Sequence record: OP557969.1
From: Escherichia phage ph0011
Strand: one strand, 5' to 3'
Length of the DNA stretch: 64,000 nucleotides
A program made the translations under genes and the position numbers. This document shows positions 45,408 to 55,798 of this stretch, piece after piece. The notes below the pieces were generated by a model. It ran no database searches and was not told where the DNA came from. It saw only the letters and a program-made list of their open reading frames with translations. The first letter of the stretch is position 1; each line of letters starts with the position of its first letter.

Positions 45408-46385
45408 ATGGCTCATCACGGCGTGTTTATGTACCCTTATAATCAGGAAGTATCATTGGGCAATTTTAATATGCCATATAGCAATGAAAAACTAACTATA
45501 TATAAAGGGGCAAATAATAATTTATCTTTTACTGTTCACAACGCTGATGGAAAGTATACTTTATTGAAAGAAAATGAATATCTTACATTTATGATTTTTG
45601 ATGTACGAAATAATACTAAACTATTTGATGTTGTTTTGGAAAAACAAGAACCAAGTTGGCTATCCGAAAGCGGTCAGGCCCGACAAACATTGGGAAATAA
45701 AAAGAAAGTATATTATGGATGTATTGTTCCAGCAGGTGTTATCCAAGATACCAGTCCTGGTTCCAAATATAGATGGAGTATCACTAAAGTAACAATGGAC
45801 GGTTCACTTGTAGAACCAACGCAATATCTATATACAGGTATGAACTATGAAGCATCAGCAGAGTTAATTATTTCAGACCAAGCTGTACCTGTATTTGTCC
45901 CTAGTACTGAAATATCTGTCAACCAAAATTCTGCATGGACGACTATTAAGCGTTTATATCATGAGCCTATTGGTAATGGTATGATTGGGGAATATGATAT
46001 TCTTGCATCAACACCCCTCCCTGCACAAATGCAGTTTGGATTGGTTGATGGATTGAGTAGTATAGCAATCTATTTTGATAAATTTATTGGTAGGATACAG
46101 CTTCAAGGGTGTTTGTGTAATGACGTACCAAATGATAATGAAAACTATAAATGGTTTATTATTAAATTAGATGGAAAGGATTATATTGAAAATGGGGTGG
46201 ATGTGGAAGGATTTCCAGAAGAACTCGATGGAATTGAAGCATTTAATTTTAAAGGAAATTATATGTGGTTAAGAATTGTAGTAGCTATTCATCCTAAAAC
46301 TGTTCCAGTACCATATGACTATGCTGCTGTGAGAAAAGTGTATGACCCTTTCTTAACTGTACCTAAAATTTTGATTCGCAGGTGA
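45408..46385 (+). CDS. Hypothetical protein (possibly structural)
   Basis: Likely start MAHHGVF at 45408 (track ORF starts at 45342); late-promoter-like CATAAATA upstream. Confidence 0.3.
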   Translation: MAHHGVFMYPYNQEVSLGNFNMPYSNEKLTIYKGANNNLSFTVHNADGKYTLLKENEYLTFMIFDVRNNTKLFDVVLEKQEPSWLSESGQARQTLGNKKKVYYGCIVPAGVIQDTSPGSKYRWSITKVTMDGSLVEPTQYLYTGMNYEASAELIISDQAVPVFVPSTEISVNQNSAWTTIKRLYHEPIGNGMIGEYDILASTPLPAQMQFGLVDGLSSIAIYFDKFIGRIQLQGCLCNDVPNDNENYKWFIIKLDGKDYIENGVDVEGFPEELDGIEAFNFKGNYMWLRIVVAIHPKTVPVPYDYAAVRKVYDPFLTVPKILIRR

Positions 46386-46411
46386 GACAAAACCCGAAGT
46401 TGTGCTATAAT
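46384..46411 (+). promoter_or_regulatory. Sigma70-type promoter: GAGACA, 16-nt spacer, TGTGC-TATAAT (46406..46411), upstream of the primase
   Basis: Conserved promoter family member. Confidence 0.55.
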
Positions 46412-46440
46412 CATTTGTAAGAAAAGACAAGGATTAACTT

Positions 46441-47496
46441 ATGAACGCTGTACAAAACATAATGGCACAAATAATGAATGACCCAGTACCTGCAATTGGC
46501 ACATGGACACATCACAACTGTCCCGCGTGTGTGTTCAGAGGACATTCGAGGCCGGACATAAAGAACCGTGGTAATCATATGTTCAATGCCGATGGTTCCG
46601 TTTCATATAACTGCTTTAACTGTAGTTTGAAAACTGGCTGGCAACCAGGAAAATATATGAGCAAAGATATGGAGTCTTTGCTCATTTCTTTTGGTGCACA
46701 AGATAAAGAAATTGAATTAGTTAAGTTTTATATTAAAGAAATGGTTGATAGTGGTGAATATGCTACACAAGAAACCGTTGTAACAAAACTATATGACCGA
46801 ATAACGGTACGTGATTTACCATCAAATGCTAAAACATTTTGGGATTGGGCTTCACTACCAGAAGATAAAATTCCGCAAGAATTTTTGAGTGTTTTACATC
46901 ATGTAAATGAAAGAAATCCATATTTGTTGGATTTGGAATTATATTGGTCACCTAATAAAGAACATAAAATGTATGATAGATTTATGATTCCTTATTACAT
47001 GAATGGTAAAATAATTGGTTATGCTGCTAGACATAAATTAAAAGATCCGGGAAGCACATACAGATTTATAAATCAGGTAAGTACTAATATATTGTATAAT
47101 TATGATTTATTGAAAGATGACAGAATAAAAACGATTTTAGTATGTGAAGGGCCGTTGGATGCAGCATTGATGGGCGGTGTATCTGCTAATAACTTTAAAT
47201 TATCAAACTTGCAGATTGACGTATTAAAAGATGCCCAGAAAAAAGGGAAAAGGATAGTTATTGTTCCAGATAGAGACAAAGATGGATTAATAACAATAGA
47301 CCAAGCACTTGAAAATGGATTCAGTGTGTCTTTCCCTGATTTTGGTACAGTAAGAGAAGGTAGTACGATACGTCATATCAAAGATTTTGAAGAGGCGTGT
47401 TCGCGATTTGGTAGGTTATTTTGCTTACAATTAATACATGATAGTATAGTAGATGAGCCATTTTATATTAAAGCTCAAACTGATAAATGGATGTAA
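46441..47496 (+). CDS. 61: DNA primase gp61
   Basis: N-terminal zinc ribbon (HHNCPACVF...NCFNCS) and Toprim motifs (VCEGPLDA, VPDRDKDG). Confidence 0.8.
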   Translation: MNAVQNIMAQIMNDPVPAIGTWTHHNCPACVFRGHSRPDIKNRGNHMFNADGSVSYNCFNCSLKTGWQPGKYMSKDMESLLISFGAQDKEIELVKFYIKEMVDSGEYATQETVVTKLYDRITVRDLPSNAKTFWDWASLPEDKIPQEFLSVLHHVNERNPYLLDLELYWSPNKEHKMYDRFMIPYYMNGKIIGYAARHKLKDPGSTYRFINQVSTNILYNYDLLKDDRIKTILVCEGPLDAALMGGVSANNFKLSNLQIDVLKDAQKKGKRIVIVPDRDKDGLITIDQALENGFSVSFPDFGTVREGSTIRHIKDFEEACSRFGRLFCLQLIHDSIVDEPFYIKAQTDKWM

Positions 47497-47518
47497 TACA
47501 TATAATGAGGGAACATAG

Positions 47519-49039
47519 ATGATTCAAAGCACAGTGGATGTGAAACAATATGGGATTAATGCACAACAATACTTATTATCTCAGATTTTCAGTAATCCTG
47601 ATTTGTATGTACGTTGTAAAAATATCCTTAAACCTGAATATTTTGATAAAACATTTCATGAAAGTATTCAATTCGTACATGATTACGCCGCAAAATATAG
47701 TTCTTCTCCAACGTTGAAAGATATTGAAGTTAAAGGTGGTTATCAATACGATCATTATGAAGTACAAGAATTACATAAACAATCAGTACTTGATACCTGT
47801 GGTGAGTTTTGTCGCCATAAAGCATTAGCATTGGCAGTTGAAAAAGGAATGGAACTTGTTCATCAGAAAAAATATGGTGGAATCGAAGAGCTAATCCGAG
47901 AAGCGATGTTGGTAACTGTACAGAATGAGTTAGGTTTGGACATTTTTGAAAATCCAGAAGATACCATTCGCTCACTAAGTTCAATGCAAGGGTCATTTAA
48001 AAGTGGATGGGAAACTCTTGATTATAAACTTTTCGGTGGTTTTGGGCGTAGAGAGTTAGAGATCTTTGCTGCTGCATCAGGTGGTGGTAAATCAGTAGTG
48101 TTGCAAAATTTAGCAGTAAACTTTGCTAAAGCTGGTATGAATGGTGCATACATCTCACTAGAACTAGCTGAAGAGTTGGTTGCAGTTCGTATCTATGGTA
48201 TGATGACAGAATCGAAGCTCAGTAATGTAAAAAATGAAGCTGAAAAGATTGGATTTGCCGTTAAGGTAGAAGGTAAAAATAGTGGCATCTTGCGTATTAA
48301 ACGTTTACCTGAATCTGTAACAACAACAGATGATATTGAAAGCTATTTGCGTGAATTACAAATTAAGTTGGAAATAAAACTTGATTATGTATGCGTGGAC
48401 TATTTGGATCTATTAACTTCTAATCGTCTTGGTCCAAATGATAAATCCAACACATTTACAAAAGACAAATTTGTATCAGAAGAATTACGTGCTCTTGCGT
48501 CCAAAATGGATCTAACAGTTTTCACTGCATCACAGTTTAACCGTAGTGGGATGGATGAAGATAAGAAAAGTCAAAGTCAGATTGCTGGTGGTATTTCTAA
48601 AATTTATACTGCGGATAACGTAATTTATATTGAAGCAAAAAAAGACACTGGTGAATTATGGTTTGATTTTCAAAAAACACGTAACAGTAGTGCTGTTGGT
48701 TCACGTTTGCGTATGTCATATGATATTGATTCATTGCGTGTTCTTGATCATGCAACTACAGTACAACAAATGGAAACTGAAGGTAATGGTTTTCGACACA
48801 GTGGACTCTCTAAGATTGGTGGGGGTAATATGGTGTTACCACCTAGTACAATGCAAACATTGCGTCATACGCTCTCTGGTGCTGCCAAAACACCATCTAC
48901 ACAACCAAACAATCAGATAACACTAAATACTGATAGTGCTCCTAACACCGCAACACAAAATGACTCACAGTCACCGCCACAACACGCGGCTTCTGACCGT
49001 GTTCATGCGATGAAGCAATGGTTAAATCAAAGGAAATGA
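47519..49039 (+). CDS. 41: Replicative helicase gp41 (DnaB-like)
   Basis: Walker A AAASGGGKS, Walker B-like VCVDYLDLL; directly follows the primase. Confidence 0.8.
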   Translation: MIQSTVDVKQYGINAQQYLLSQIFSNPDLYVRCKNILKPEYFDKTFHESIQFVHDYAAKYSSSPTLKDIEVKGGYQYDHYEVQELHKQSVLDTCGEFCRHKALALAVEKGMELVHQKKYGGIEELIREAMLVTVQNELGLDIFENPEDTIRSLSSMQGSFKSGWETLDYKLFGGFGRRELEIFAAASGGGKSVVLQNLAVNFAKAGMNGAYISLELAEELVAVRIYGMMTESKLSNVKNEAEKIGFAVKVEGKNSGILRIKRLPESVTTTDDIESYLRELQIKLEIKLDYVCVDYLDLLTSNRLGPNDKSNTFTKDKFVSEELRALASKMDLTVFTASQFNRSGMDEDKKSQSQIAGGISKIYTADNVIYIEAKKDTGELWFDFQKTRNSSAVGSRLRMSYDIDSLRVLDHATTVQQMETEGNGFRHSGLSKIGGGNMVLPPSTMQTLRHTLSGAAKTPSTQPNNQITLNTDSAPNTATQNDSQSPPQHAASDRVHAMKQWLNQRK

Positions 49040-49042
49040 TAA

Positions 49043-49315
49043 ATGTCTAGTAAATCCAATAAAAAGAATCTACTTGATAGTATAGTTGACTATACACCAG
49101 AGAAAGACACACTACAAAGTTTTAGTAATCGTGCAGACCACGCGATAAACTCTGTGATTCATTTATTGGAGAGCATTGAAGATGAGTTTAACCAAACTGA
49201 TGCCGAAGATTTAAAAAAACGTTTATTTCTAAGTATAAAAAACCGAGATTATAAAAAGTTTCAAAAAGGGTTAGAAAACATAGCACTTGATGAAAAACGT
49301 AATAAGGGAAATTGA
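49043..49315 (+). CDS. Hypothetical protein (90 aa)
   Basis: ORF in track. Confidence 0.3.
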   Translation: MSSKSNKKNLLDSIVDYTPEKDTLQSFSNRADHAINSVIHLLESIEDEFNQTDAEDLKKRLFLSIKNRDYKKFQKGLENIALDEKRNKGN

Positions 49316-49477
49316 TATGAAGAAAAAGAATATTAAAGAGAATGCATCATCCGGTGCTACTTCAGCAGGTGCTATTGCATCAGTCAGTACTGGTTTGCAT
49401 TATCCATTACATCGTCGATTGCCTCCAACAGACTTCTTTGGATATAAAGTAGTAGAGACAAAAGATAAGGACACAGA

Positions 49478-49870
49478 ATGAAACCATATACTTTCTACAC
49501 TATACATACTGTAGTAGATATCGGTGATGGTAAAACTCCAACAATAATAGATTCAAAGTTTACTGGTGCAATGAATTTATCTAGATTGTTGGAGGCAATT
49601 ATGGTATATGATTATCCTATGATGGTAAGTGTTGTTAAAAATGAAGTTGATTTATATAAAGATAATAATTCATCTTTTTATAATATACCAATTTCATGGG
49701 GTAAATGTACAATAAGCACATTTAAATTTGCACTACCAATGGATGTTGAACTTAGATTGAATGGTATTCCATTAGTTCTACCAACTGAATTAAATGGTAA
49801 ACGAATAACTAAATTTATCACATCTGGTGATGATATCAACATTAGCATCAGTAAACAGACCTTTTCTTAA
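49478..49870 (+). CDS. Hypothetical protein (130 aa)
   Basis: ORF in track. Confidence 0.3.
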   Translation: MKPYTFYTIHTVVDIGDGKTPTIIDSKFTGAMNLSRLLEAIMVYDYPMMVSVVKNEVDLYKDNNSSFYNIPISWGKCTISTFKFALPMDVELRLNGIPLVLPTELNGKRITKFITSGDDINISISKQTFS

Positions 49871-49926
49871 TTGTGATAAATATCATAAAGTGAGACAAAG
49901 GTCTTTTTTATTTTTATGGAGAAAAT

Positions 49927-50871
49927 ATGGATATAAACCAAACAGCAACCGAGCTTCAAAAGTTCGCAGATGCACATAATTTAAATGTTGATGTTTCTGT
50001 AATTCTTGATAATATGGATGCAGGTGATTTCATCACCTTAAATTCTGCGATTGATAATTCTGACAATCGTGAAATATTCCAAATTTTACAAAAATACAAA
50101 GCACAGATGAGTGAATGTTATGAATACTTCAGTACTAAAAATGTTAGTAAACATATAAACGAAAGTACTGAACTTTATAGTATTATTGATGCAATGTCAC
50201 TAAAACAATTAGAAGAAATGTATAATAAAAAATATACTTATTCTGATACAACAAAATTAACCACACAGGAATTAAAAGCGATTGTATTTGAGGATTTTCA
50301 AAATCAAACAACACAAATGCAAGCTAAACAAATTGCTAAAATGAATGTTTCTCAAGACCAACAGCAAGTTAATCCACAAACACAAGCTAAAATGAAACAA
50401 GCTGAGCTACAAAGAAATGCTAATAATATAAAGGTTAGTGTTCCTGGTACACAAGACGGTACTGATGCAGTTGAGCCAGTTGTGGGTATTGATCCAGGTC
50501 AAACACCAGAACAATCACTAGTAGTGACAAAGAGTGGTACTAAACCGAATGAATTGAATGTTTTCCCATTAAATGATGTCAATCCTATAGACAATCAAAA
50601 CACGCCAATCCGTGAGGAAAAATCCCCACAAGAAATCAATAGTGAACTAATGGGTAATTCAAGTTTAGAGTCTGATAGTAACCCTGATACACAATCACCA
50701 CTATCACATCACGCCCCTGGTATGGGTGAAATGATTCATGCTATTTCTGATATCGAAAAAGAAGATGATATTTATGGTGATGAAAGTGTAATGGCAAACC
50801 AGTCCCAATCTGAGAATGATGACATGGTGGATCAAATTATTGATTATTGTCATCGTATGCGAGGTCGTTGA
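49927..50871 (+). CDS. Hypothetical protein (314 aa)
   Basis: ORF in track; Gln-rich middle segment. Confidence 0.3.
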   Translation: MDINQTATELQKFADAHNLNVDVSVILDNMDAGDFITLNSAIDNSDNREIFQILQKYKAQMSECYEYFSTKNVSKHINESTELYSIIDAMSLKQLEEMYNKKYTYSDTTKLTTQELKAIVFEDFQNQTTQMQAKQIAKMNVSQDQQQVNPQTQAKMKQAELQRNANNIKVSVPGTQDGTDAVEPVVGIDPGQTPEQSLVVTKSGTKPNELNVFPLNDVNPIDNQNTPIREEKSPQEINSELMGNSSLESDSNPDTQSPLSHHAPGMGEMIHAISDIEKEDDIYGDESVMANQSQSENDDMVDQIIDYCHRMRGR

Positions 50872-51085
50872 TGAGAACAGTACTGAATGTGCATGGTCAC
50901 AATACGATAGTTTCCAATGAAGAATATAAACTGTTACAAAAGATAAAAGCACGCGGTACTGTTCCAGTTGAAAAAGTAAATGAATATTATCAGGAACTAG
51001 CTAATAAAATGGTATCGCGTGGTGTTCTACATAAAATAGAAAATGATGATGGTACTGAATCATACCAAACTGTTAGGAGTAGTAA

Positions 51086-51760
51086 ATGAATTACGAATAT
51101 GATCAACAATCCGTTAATCAGATGGCAGATTTATTAAGTGGTCTTAATGATATTGAAGCTGGTGAAACACATAATGCCGCAGGTGTTCCATATAAAGCAA
51201 GTGGTGATATTGGTGCAATGACTGCAATTTTAACTTCATTAAATGAAGCTGGAATGGATTACGGTACTGATCCAGAGAAGATTCATCCGAACGTTGTGCC
51301 ATACAATGCACCATTCAATGAACACATGAATGGACAACAATCTACCATTCAGCCATATAGTCAACCATCTAAGCCGAAAACTAATTGGAGCTTAGTAGAA
51401 GAAAAAGTTCAAGGAACTAAATCTACCAAAGTGTATAGTATCAAGTGTAATCATAGTTCACAGATTATTATGAATAATATTATGATGTATGAAGCTGCAC
51501 TTACATTAGTTAATCTTTTGAATGAAGGACGAATGTTGACAGATGCAAAACTCCTTGGTATAATTAGTTCTGGATTACAATACACAAATGTAATCAGTGA
51601 GGCATTAAAAGCTGCTCAAAGGCGACAACGTGTTCTTAATGAATCAAAGTATGATGAAGCAAAAGAATTAGATATAATTATTGCAGAAAAGAAAGCAGAA
51701 GCTTATAAATTGAAAGAGCGTGTATTGAACTTTCTTAAAAATGAAGGGTATATTACCTGA
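51086..51760 (+). CDS. Hypothetical protein (224 aa)
   Basis: ORF in track. Confidence 0.3.
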   Translation: MNYEYDQQSVNQMADLLSGLNDIEAGETHNAAGVPYKASGDIGAMTAILTSLNEAGMDYGTDPEKIHPNVVPYNAPFNEHMNGQQSTIQPYSQPSKPKTNWSLVEEKVQGTKSTKVYSIKCNHSSQIIMNNIMMYEAALTLVNLLNEGRMLTDAKLLGIISSGLQYTNVISEALKAAQRRQRVLNESKYDEAKELDIIIAEKKAEAYKLKERVLNFLKNEGYIT

Positions 51761-53508
51761 TGTTAGATGAATTGAAGAAATTCTTAAAAAGCAAAAACAA
51801 AAAAACATGGGTTAAGTTGGTAAACAATAATGAATTATATTTTAAATATGTTCGTGAATTGTTCCCAACTAAACCAATGAATGAAGCATTGTATCTTATC
51901 ATGAATGACATGGTGCGTGCACCATCTGCCCCATGTGGTTCTGAATGTAAATTTATTAATGGTTCATATGATAAGTATTGTTCTAAGCCTACAAAACCAA
52001 ACAAAAATCGTGATAATGGGTTTTGTGTAGTATGTAATGAGCATTGGAAGCAAAACAAACTCAAAAATACTAAACAAAAATGTCTTGATGTTTATGGTGT
52101 CGAACATCATTGGCAAAGAAATGATGTAAAAGATAAAATAAAAAGTACTAATATGAAACGATATGGTGTTGAACACAATTCACACGTCGAACATGTACTT
52201 GAAAAAAGAAAGGAAACTTTCATTGAAAGATATGGTGTTGAATCACCGTTATCATCTGTTGAAATTCGTGATAAGATAAAAGCAACAAACATTGCAAAAT
52301 ATGGTGTTGAAAATTATGGAAGTACATGTGAATGTATCGAAAAACGAAATAAAACAATGCAAGAATTATATGGTTTTAGTAATGCACAACATGTAAAGAA
52401 GTTTTCAAATGAATCAAAGATTACTAAATCTAAAATAAGATATGATAAAATTTTATCTATTATTAACCCTTCATATAAAGAACTGTTTGAATATGATGAC
52501 TTGATAGATTCAACCAATGAAAGTAAACTTCCGTACTATTGTGAAATACACAAAGGACTGTTTTATAGTAATTATAAATATGGTATAGTTTGTGATGTTT
52601 GCAACCCACCTGTATATAGTTCAATACAAAATGAAATAAAAAACTTTGTATCAACATTGACTGAATGTAACATTATCATGAATGATAGAAGTAATGGGTA
52701 TGAGTATGATATATACATCCCTGAACTTCAGATAGCAATAGAAGTCAATGGAATGTATTGGCATAAAAGTGATATGGTTGATAAGTATTACCATAGAACA
52801 AAAACAATAAATTCGATAGAACGTGGGATTAGATTGATACATATCTTTGAAGATGAATGGTACTGTAAACAGGAAATTATTAAAAATAGATTAATGAATG
52901 TTTTTCAGTGTTCTAGAAAGATTTATGCCAGAAAATGTATTGTTAAAAAAATTAACACTAATATTTGTTATGATTTCTTAAACACTAATCATATACAAGG
53001 ATATACTAAATCTGGAATAAACTATGGTTTGTTTTATAATCAAGAATTGATTGCAGTAATGACGTTCGGAAAAAGTCGATATGATAAAAAATTTGAATAT
53101 GAACTAATACGATACTGCTCACGTGGAACTGTTGTTGGTGGTGCTAGTAAATTATTGTCTGCATTTGAGCGTGAATACAAACCATTGTCGTTGATGAGTT
53201 ACGCTGACTTGAATTGGGGGTCAGGACAGTTATACATATCTCTTAACTTTGAAAATTTAGGATACACAGAACCCAAATATTTTTATTATGATCCAAAAAC
53301 AAAACAGCGTTTTTCTAGACATAAATTTAGAAAACATAAATTAATTGAAATGGGCTACGACTCATCTAAAACTGAAGAAGATATATGCTTAGGTGAAATT
53401 GGATTGTATAAAATATACGATTCTGGTAATTGCAAATTTGCTAAATATTATTACAACACAAACATTACAGGAGATATTGAAAAATGTCCAAATCGTACAA
53501 AAAACTAA
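51760..53508 (+). CDS. Large free-standing nuclease-like protein, paralog 2 (putative homing endonuclease)
   Basis: Same architecture as 16890..18488: N-terminal Cys cluster, YGV repeats, YDIYIPELQIAIEVNGMYWH motif, conserved C-terminal YELIRYCS...VVGGASKLL. Confidence 0.45.
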   Translation: MLDELKKFLKSKNKKTWVKLVNNNELYFKYVRELFPTKPMNEALYLIMNDMVRAPSAPCGSECKFINGSYDKYCSKPTKPNKNRDNGFCVVCNEHWKQNKLKNTKQKCLDVYGVEHHWQRNDVKDKIKSTNMKRYGVEHNSHVEHVLEKRKETFIERYGVESPLSSVEIRDKIKATNIAKYGVENYGSTCECIEKRNKTMQELYGFSNAQHVKKFSNESKITKSKIRYDKILSIINPSYKELFEYDDLIDSTNESKLPYYCEIHKGLFYSNYKYGIVCDVCNPPVYSSIQNEIKNFVSTLTECNIIMNDRSNGYEYDIYIPELQIAIEVNGMYWHKSDMVDKYYHRTKTINSIERGIRLIHIFEDEWYCKQEIIKNRLMNVFQCSRKIYARKCIVKKINTNICYDFLNTNHIQGYTKSGINYGLFYNQELIAVMTFGKSRYDKKFEYELIRYCSRGTVVGGASKLLSAFEREYKPLSLMSYADLNWGSGQLYISLNFENLGYTEPKYFYYDPKTKQRFSRHKFRKHKLIEMGYDSSKTEEDICLGEIGLYKIYDSGNCKFAKYYYNTNITGDIEKCPNRTKN

Positions 53509-54119
53509 TGGAAACTGCTTCTCGTGCTGAAGCAATGAAATTTATTAAATTGAATGAATCTAATATTGAAAAGGCAGAAATCGTCCTTTCAGTTAAAGGT
53601 GAAATTGTTGATAAATTACAACGTCAATCAGAGGTTATTAATAACATGGGTGTTGACGTACTAGGCCCACTACTGGATCGTATTAAAGCTGAACAGGGTT
53701 TGGATGCCGCACAAAATTTTAGTGATAATGTTCGTCATCTTCTACAACATGCTGTAGCTACTTTAATGGACGTGAAAGACAAAATCAGTACTGAAACACT
53801 AAAACTAACTGGTGATATTACTGATGGTCCTGATGTTTCTGATATTGGTAGTGAAGATGTTGATATTGACATTGCCAGTGACACCCCAACTTTTGATATG
53901 GATGCTGATGCAGATTTTGAAGATGATATTATTTCTGAGCCTGTTCCAACTGAGCGTGAGATGAAAGAATCGGTTAAGCCACGTAAAGTTGGTGTAAAAA
54001 TGGAAAGTATTCGCGGTACTGTAGGAACTAAATATTTTAGTTCAAAAGACGAAATGAAAACATGGCTATCTGAGAATGAAAAGAAAGTTAAACGAGTTCT
54101 AGGGTATGTTAAAAAATAA
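53484..54119 (+). CDS. Acidic hypothetical protein
   Basis: ORF in track; Asp/Glu-rich central region. Confidence 0.3.
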   Translation: MSKSYKKLMETASRAEAMKFIKLNESNIEKAEIVLSVKGEIVDKLQRQSEVINNMGVDVLGPLLDRIKAEQGLDAAQNFSDNVRHLLQHAVATLMDVKDKISTETLKLTGDITDGPDVSDIGSEDVDIDIASDTPTFDMDADADFEDDIISEPVPTEREMKESVKPRKVGVKMESIRGTVGTKYFSSKDEMKTWLSENEKKVKRVLGYVKK

Positions 54120-54135
54120 TAAAGGGTGAATCTAC

Positions 54136-54471
54136 ATGAGGTTTAGTGATCTTACTGAAGAGGCTCCTGGAAAAGATATACGCAATATGATCACGACTAT
54201 TGCGTTGTCTTTAATGTCCACTGGTAGAGAAGATGTGAATGTTCAATCTTTAATTTCTGAAATTAAAAAGAGAACCAACATCGATGTTCCATACAATGTG
54301 ATGATGGATATTTTGAATTCCCTACCTTTTGTACAGGATGCTAATTCAGATATTGTAACTTTTGTTGGTAATTCAGCAGAAGGTTCAGGTGAATCTGAAC
54401 AAAATTCGGAAGAGCAAGTTGAAGATTGGGCAACAAAAGCTGCTGTGTCAGCAAATAAACAAAAAAACTGA
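54136..54471 (+). CDS. Hypothetical protein (111 aa)
   Basis: ORF in track. Confidence 0.3.
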   Translation: MRFSDLTEEAPGKDIRNMITTIALSLMSTGREDVNVQSLISEIKKRTNIDVPYNVMMDILNSLPFVQDANSDIVTFVGNSAEGSGESEQNSEEQVEDWATKAAVSANKQKN

Positions 54472-54510
54472 AACAAATAAAAATATAATGCTATAATTAG
54501 GAGTACACGG

Positions 54511-55230
54511 ATGTACACACCACCAATTGTTAGCAGATATACATACGTTGGTTATAATAGAATTGAAGGCGGCCCAGAAGGTCGCCTTTATTCAACTCCA
54601 ACAGGTAATCTGCCATCAGTAACAACAATTCTTAGTGCGACCTCAAATGATGAGGGTTTAAAGAAGTGGAGAGAATTCGTTGGTGAAGAAAAAGCTAATG
54701 AAATCACATTAGAAGCATGTACAATTGGTACTTTTATGCATGAGAACTTAGAATTTAGATTAGAAGGCAAACCAGACCATGAAGGTGGTATGCCAGTTAG
54801 AGTTCTAGCACGAAGGATGGCTGATAAGATTCAGGAAGAAGCATGGCCTCGAATCAATGAAGTGTGGGGACAGGAAGTCCCCTTGTATTATGAAGGTTTG
54901 TGGGCAGGTACAACAGACTTAGTAGGTGTTCATGATGGAATTCCAACCATTATGGATTATAAAAATTCTCGTAAGGTTAAGAAGTGGTCACAAATTGAAA
55001 ATTATCGTATGCAAATCGCTGCGTATGCATTAGCTCACAATCAAATGTTTGGTACTAATATAGAACGTGGTGTTATTTTCATCTGTGTAAGAAAAGACCC
55101 TAATAATCTACAATATCAAGAGTTTATTATTGAAGGACAAGACTTCAAAGATGCTGTTAATATGTGGATTGAACGTGTAGAACAATACTATATTTTACGT
55201 GGAGAAATTGAATCAAATGGAGCAGCATAA
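54511..55230 (+). CDS. PD-(D/E)xK nuclease of the RecB/Cas4/lambda-exonuclease type
   Basis: Motifs D...IMDYK (D-x-K core) and QIAAYALA (QxxxY); no Cys cluster. Confidence 0.5.
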   Translation: MYTPPIVSRYTYVGYNRIEGGPEGRLYSTPTGNLPSVTTILSATSNDEGLKKWREFVGEEKANEITLEACTIGTFMHENLEFRLEGKPDHEGGMPVRVLARRMADKIQEEAWPRINEVWGQEVPLYYEGLWAGTTDLVGVHDGIPTIMDYKNSRKVKKWSQIENYRMQIAAYALAHNQMFGTNIERGVIFICVRKDPNNLQYQEFIIEGQDFKDAVNMWIERVEQYYILRGEIESNGAA

Positions 55231-55771
55231 AAAAATGAAACAAGATCTATATACAATTCGTGCTTTAGAAAGTAAAGGGTATGATTTAGAAGAAGTTATC
55301 AAACTAAGTGATGAAGAAATTGACAATCTTGATTTATCACATAAACTGATTCTAAATATTAAAGATTATAAACAGCGTGGTGCTAAACCTGTAGAAGTAA
55401 TTAAAGAACAAATTGCACAAGATATTAGTATCGATGAGGTATCACGTAATGTGCCACCAGAAGTAATCCAAGAGTATGCTGTCAATAGTGAAGAACAGGT
55501 AAAAGTTTCTAAAGAAGTCGAAAGTATGGCAGAAGAACTAGTTCCTGAAGTCAAAGAAGATGAAATTGTTATTGAGCGAGTGGTTTCTTCTAAAGAAGAT
55601 TTGGATATTATCAAAGAAGCACTACAAACTAAAGAGCTTAAAAGTGTATCTAGTTATGTAAAACATTTAAAATCTATCGTCCCAGAACAGATTCTATCTT
55701 CTGTCGATAGTTCAGTAGTATCTCAGTTGATCAATGAGCGTATTACTGAAGTTAAAGAAAAAGCTAAATAA
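55199..55771 (+). CDS. Acidic hypothetical protein
   Basis: ORF in track; Glu-rich. Confidence 0.3.
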   Translation: MEKLNQMEQHKKMKQDLYTIRALESKGYDLEEVIKLSDEEIDNLDLSHKLILNIKDYKQRGAKPVEVIKEQIAQDISIDEVSRNVPPEVIQEYAVNSEEQVKVSKEVESMAEELVPEVKEDEIVIERVVSSKEDLDIIKEALQTKELKSVSSYVKHLKSIVPEQILSSVDSSVVSQLINERITEVKEKAK

Positions 55772-55798
55772 TCCTATGATACTATAGGAGATAGTTTT

